Below, piece after piece: positions 16,779-20,035 of a stretch of 20,035 nt of DNA. Origin of the DNA: Candidatus Altiarchaeota archaeon (GTDB taxonomy: Archaea; Altiarchaeota; Altiarchaeia; IMC4; SCGC-AAA252-I15); contig JAQTQS010000024.1 of NCBI GenBank assembly GCA_028712125.1, positions 1 to 20,035 on the forward strand, written 5' to 3'. How positions within the stretch are numbered: position 1 is the stretch's first letter; every line of letters begins with the position of its first letter. Position numbers and translations under genes: made by a program. Under the pieces are notes generated by a model. It made no database searches, had not been told where the DNA came from, and worked only from the letters and a program-made list of their open reading frames with translations.

Positions 16779-17024
16779 ATGAGCTCTGAAATGTCGCTAA
16801 GGCTTGATGAGGCTATCAAGGATACTTCTATTCCAAGGCGGGTGAAGCTTGTGCTGGAGCGCGTCAAGGCGGATATTGCGAGCACGAAGAAGGACAAGGA
16901 CATCAATATCACGACTGCGGTCTATGAGCTTGATGAAATCGTCAATGACGTCAACATTCCCATGCACGCGAAGACCATCATCTGGGACGTCATCAGCGCG
17001 CTGGAGTCGTTGAAGGGCTCTTAG
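16779..17024 (+). CDS. UPF0147-family small archaeal protein (81 aa)
   Basis: MSSEMSLRLDEAIKDTSIPRRVKLVLERV...TTAVYELDEIVNDVNIPMHAKTIIWDVISALE matches the UPF0147 pattern (..L..AI.VLeeI.nDtSVPRNIRR.A..a...L......VRAANAIsiLDEIsqDPNMP.HARTLIWNVVSQLE). The start is trimmed from 16704 to the ATG at 16779, downstream of the TATA-like box. Confidence 0.65.
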   Translation: MSSEMSLRLDEAIKDTSIPRRVKLVLERVKADIASTKKDKDINITTAVYELDEIVNDVNIPMHAKTIIWDVISALESLKGS

Positions 17025-17069
17025 TTTTTGGATTTATTCATGCAGTTTAATGGGTAATCCGGCAGCAGA

Positions 17070-18047
17070 ATGGAAAGCGAGCTTGTAAAAAGGAATCTGG
17101 CTGAAATCGTGACGGTTGAGGAGCTCGACTCTTTGCTCGCCGGAAACCGGCGGATTTCGACCTACTGCGGCTATGAGACGTCGGGCCCTGTGCATATCGG
17201 GACGCTGGTCGCCGTCAACAAGCAGATTGATTTCATGGAAGCCGGCTTGGATGTCAAGGTCCTGTTTGCCGACGTCCATACGCGCCTGAACCGCAAGGGC
17301 GGGGAAGAGTGGATTAACCGGATTATAGAGTACTGGAGGGAGTGTTTTATCGGCGCGGGATTGAAGGCTGATTTCGTGGTCGGCAGCAGCTTCCAGTTCG
17401 ACAAGGATTATGTCAGGGACGTTCTTGAGCTCGGCCTTAATTCGACATTGAACAGGGCCTTGCGAAGCATGCAGGAGGTTGCGCGCGACATCGAGAACGC
17501 CCACGTGTCTCAGGTTATCTATCCGCTGATGCAGGCTGCGGACATCAAGGCTTTGGGCGTTGACATCGCGCATGGCGGGATGGAGCAGCGCAAGATTCAC
17601 ATGCTCGCACGCGAAACGCTGCCATTAATCGGCGGCAAGAAGCCGGTGTGCGTCCACAACCCGCTATTATGCTCGCTGCAGGGGCCCGACGTGAAGATGT
17701 CGAGCAGCAAGCCGGAGACGATGATTGCGGTTGACGAGAGCCCTGAGTCCATCAAGAGCAAGATTAACGGCGCCTTCTGCCCGCAGGCGAGCGAGGGCAA
17801 TCCCGTGCTTGAGATTTGCAAACTGCTGTTGTTCCCGCGGACCGGTACACTTGAGGTGAAGCGGCCGGCGAAGTTCGGGGGGGACGTGTCGTACGATTCT
17901 TTCCAGGCGCTTGAGTCCGACTATGCGGCCAAGAAGCTGCATCCCATGGACTTGAAGAATGCGGCGGCTGATAGCCTTGCGGAGCTTCTGCGGCCGGTTC
18001 GGGAGCACGTCGGGAAGAAGGGCGTTTCCTGCTGCAAGCCTTTCTGA
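17070..18047 (+). CDS. tyrS: Tyrosyl-tRNA synthetase (archaeal type, 325 aa)
   Basis: It is collinear over its whole length with M. jannaschii Tyr[22 protein letters not shown] aligns with [64 protein letters not shown] aligns with [58 protein letters not shown] and KMSSSKP (KMSKS) are present, and the C-terminal tail [10 protein letters not shown]...KRPAKFGGD...LHPMDLKNA matches. It is TyrRS, not TrpRS. Confidence 0.88.
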   Translation: [325 protein letters not shown]

Positions 18048-18063
18048 GCACTGCGTTTTCTTT

Positions 18064-18894
18064 TTAGGTCGGGGATATGGTGGCGTTCGGCAGCTGCTTC
18101 TGGAGCTCTTCCATCTGCTTTCTGGCAATCTCAACGTCGGTGAGGCATTCAGACTGGGTGGTCTTGTTCTGTATGAGCGTGCATAGGTCGAAGTTTATCT
18201 TCTTGGCTGCTACGGTCTTGTAGCATTGGTCCTTGGTCGGCGTCGCGCGGACGCTTGCGCATGTCTTTGCGTCGGGGTTGAGGGCGGCAACCTTCGTATA
18301 GCACCAGTCTTTGCTGTTCTGGTCGGTGATTTCGTCGCAGTAGATGCTGCTCTTGTTGACGAGCGCAAGGCAGGTGTTCATCGAAGCCTGTGACGCTATG
18401 AGCCGGCAGGTTGCAAGGTCCTTTTTGTCTGATGCAATCCGGTAGTAGCATGAGTCCTTCTGCGGGATGTCGGCTATTCCCGAACATGTTTCCTTGTTCA
18501 GGGTCTCTATCGCGACGTCGCGCAGGCACTCGTCCTTACCAAGGCCGTCCTCGACGCGCGCGCAAAGAACGCTTTCGCCTGCCAGCTTTGCCACCGCCTT
18601 AAAGCAGTCGTCCTTGAAAGGCTGCAATTCTATCAAATCGCACAATGTGGAATTCACCGTGTTAGTGGCCGTGGTGAAATAGCATTTCGAACGGGCGCTC
18701 GCGTTCGCAAGCCCCCCGCAGCCCGCATCCGACACGACACAGGGCCCGCAAGGTCCGCCGCAGTCTATGCCAGTCTCCCCCTGGTTTAACACTCCGTCTT
18801 TGCACGACGGCGCTGACGGCCGGCTTGCGTTGAAGGCCAGGTATGACGCTATTGCGGCTATGGCGATGAGTATTGCCGCGTGTTGGATTTTCAT
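18064..18894 (-). CDS. Secreted cysteine-rich tandem-repeat protein (276 aa)
   Basis: A signal peptide (MKIQHAAILIAIAAIASYLAFNA) is followed by an N-terminal Cys cluster (CKDG..NQGETGIDCGGPCGPC....GCGG). Seven 26-residue repeats follow, each with 2 Cys of consensus KDxC[YF]xx[VI]A...x...[TL]Cxx[IV]. The Cys at residues 71-250 are spaced alternately 14 and 12. The tail is Q/E/K-rich. A TATA-like promoter lies in the 46-bp gap upstream. Confidence 0.7.
   Translation of the reverse strand: MKIQHAAILIAIAAIASYLAFNASRPSAPSCKDGVLNQGETGIDCGGPCGPCVVSDAGCGGLANASARSKCYFTTATNTVNSTLCDLIELQPFKDDCFKAVAKLAGESVLCARVEDGLGKDECLRDVAIETLNKETCSGIADIPQKDSCYYRIASDKKDLATCRLIASQASMNTCLALVNKSSIYCDEITDQNSKDWCYTKVAALNPDAKTCASVRATPTKDQCYKTVAAKKINFDLCTLIQNKTTQSECLTDVEIARKQMEELQKQLPNATISPT
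18139..18690 (-). repeat. Seven tandem 78-nt (26-codon) coding repeats of the Cys-rich protein
   Basis: Protein-level periodicity is very regular. A recurring gtcctt (the KD codons read on the plus strand) appears about every 78 nt. DNA-level identity between repeats is low, so the repeats are ancient rather than recently expanded. Confidence 0.6.
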
Positions 18895-18940
18895 TTTTGC
18901 CTATATGTATGGGGGATGGGGCTTATAAATCAGTTTAGGG

Positions 18941-20008
18941 TCAGTGACGGTTGGTCTCGAACACTATGCCGTCGGCCGCGTCAAGGTAGTAGTAGTTGCC
19001 GCGGTCGCTTGTGAATACCGTCGGTTCGCCGGTTATTCCTTCGCCGCCTTCGGATGATACGACGACCCACAGGCCGTAGTAGTGCTTTAGCGGGAGGTTC
19101 AGGTCGAGGTTGTCGGTCTGGTTGAAGAGGTATGAGTCGTTTGTGAGGAGCCTTATGTTTTCGGCCAGAAAGTCCATGCTCCACAGGTCGTTTAGGACGT
19201 TGTCGGCGTACTGTTCTTTTTGCGGGTAGAAGTAGAGGCTTAGCGGTGAGCGGGGAGGGATGTAGTAGGATAGTATGCCGGACGACGGCGTTTTTCCGGC
19301 AGAGTATATGGCTTCGTTTTGGGAGGTGTAGGAGTCGCCGGCAAGCGCGCTTGCCTTGATGAATGCGGACGCGGTGATTATGAGGAGCGCTGCGAGGAGG
19401 AATTTGAATTGAGCGCTCCGGATGTTTTGCCGGAACTCGCTCTGGTTTAGAGAGCGGATGCGGGCCAGCACGAAGACCATTATCCCGAAGCCGAATATCA
19501 GGCCGGTGATTATCCTCAGGGCGTTGTTGCTCTCGCGGAGGTTGAATATAGTCTGCGTAACGCCGTCCAGCGCTATCGGGATTGTCGCCATGACGAGGAA
19601 TTTCTTGGTCTTAAGGAAGGATGGCACGCCCTTCAGGAAGACGAATCCCCCTATGACTATCCCAAGGTATATGCCGGCGTCGCGGGCGCAGACCGCCTGC
19701 TGGACTCCGTTTATGAACAGCGAGCGCATCGGGAGCTGGTGGCACATCATCAGCCCGGACACTATGTTGTATGCGAGCGCGCCCATGCCAAGGAGTATGC
19801 GGTTTTCAGACCGGATGAGAACCGGGCTTGCTAGCACGAGAAGCACGAAGGAGAGGAATACCATGAACAGCCATGCGTAAAAAAGATGCTTAACCCAAAG
19901 GACGGCCCGAGAGAGTGACGTTTCCGCGTCATAGCGCGCCTTGTCGAACGTTTTCTGTTCGTACATGGCGTCGAGCTTGTCAGCCATCCGGTCGAATAAT
20001 CTTGCCAT
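18941..20008 (-). CDS. DUF2085-domain membrane protein with a C-terminal extracytoplasmic domain (355 aa)
   Basis: CHQLPMRSLFINGVQQAVCARDAGIYLGIVIGGFV matches the DUF2085 signature (CHQ.PeRSF...G.q.pVCARCtGiY.G). There are 5 or more TM helices, then a soluble Y/N/S-rich C-terminal domain. Confidence 0.6.
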   Translation of the reverse strand: MARLFDRMADKLDAMYEQKTFDKARYDAETSLSRAVLWVKHLFYAWLFMVFLSFVLLVLASPVLIRSENRILLGMGALAYNIVSGLMMCHQLPMRSLFINGVQQAVCARDAGIYLGIVIGGFVFLKGVPSFLKTKKFLVMATIPIALDGVTQTIFNLRESNNALRIITGLIFGFGIMVFVLARIRSLNQSEFRQNIRSAQFKFLLAALLIITASAFIKASALAGDSYTSQNEAIYSAGKTPSSGILSYYIPPRSPLSLYFYPQKEQYADNVLNDLWSMDFLAENIRLLTNDSYLFNQTDNLDLNLPLKHYYGLWVVVSSEGGEGITGEPTVFTSDRGNYYYLDAADGIVFETNRH

Positions 20009-20035
20009 AGTTTACTTCAAACGCTCTTTCAAGAG

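Noticed and set aside
17070-18047. Calling the 325-aa class-I synthetase TrpRS
   Set aside because: Full-length collinearity with archaeal TyrRS (M. jannaschii type) is much stronger, so it is called tyrS.

Overview
The window reads as a euryarchaeal housekeeping region: about 56% GC, 24 protein-coding genes, no rRNA or tRNA, no CRISPR array and no mobile element. Several proteins are closely collinear with Methanocaldococcus-type orthologs (Taw1/TYW1, TyrRS, DUF373, UPF0147, the Rpp30 RNase P subunit), so it is likely a methanogen or Thermoplasmata-like archaeon, but the taxon cannot be proven from sequence alone.

The core genes are:
- three aminoacyl-tRNA synthetases: ValRS, MetRS and TyrRS (the last is easily miscalled TrpRS);
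- a partial Taw1 radical-SAM tRNA-modification enzyme;
- a TadA/CDA-like deaminase co-oriented with a secreted DUF192 protein;
- standalone trpD, purE and dapB;
- the RNase P protein subunit Rpp30, flanked by two unknown genes.

The accessory content is where a new system could sit:
- a translationally coupled operon of a single-domain KaiC-like RecA ATPase and a roadblock/LC7 protein, divergent from a membrane protein with an extracytoplasmic carboxypeptidase-regulatory-like beta-sandwich and a cytoplasmic coiled coil;
- a stomatin module of two tandem stomatin paralogs (the first membrane-anchored, the second with no TM helix) plus a small 3-TM protein, with no NfeD partner, and a third SPFH/prohibitin-like gene nearby;
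- a secreted cysteine-rich protein built from seven very regular 26-residue repeats with two Cys each, downstream of a DUF2085-domain membrane protein;
- two PRC-barrel-containing proteins.

Promoter signals are archaeal: TATA-like AT-rich boxes sit about 25-30 bp upstream of start codons, many mRNAs look leaderless, and some genes carry a GGAGG Shine-Dalgarno. Two unusually long divergent intergenic regions (7397..7678 and 16551..16778) contain repeats or GC palindromes and could hold regulatory sites or a small RNA.

All functional calls rest on motif and ortholog recall from the translated ORFs. No database search was run.
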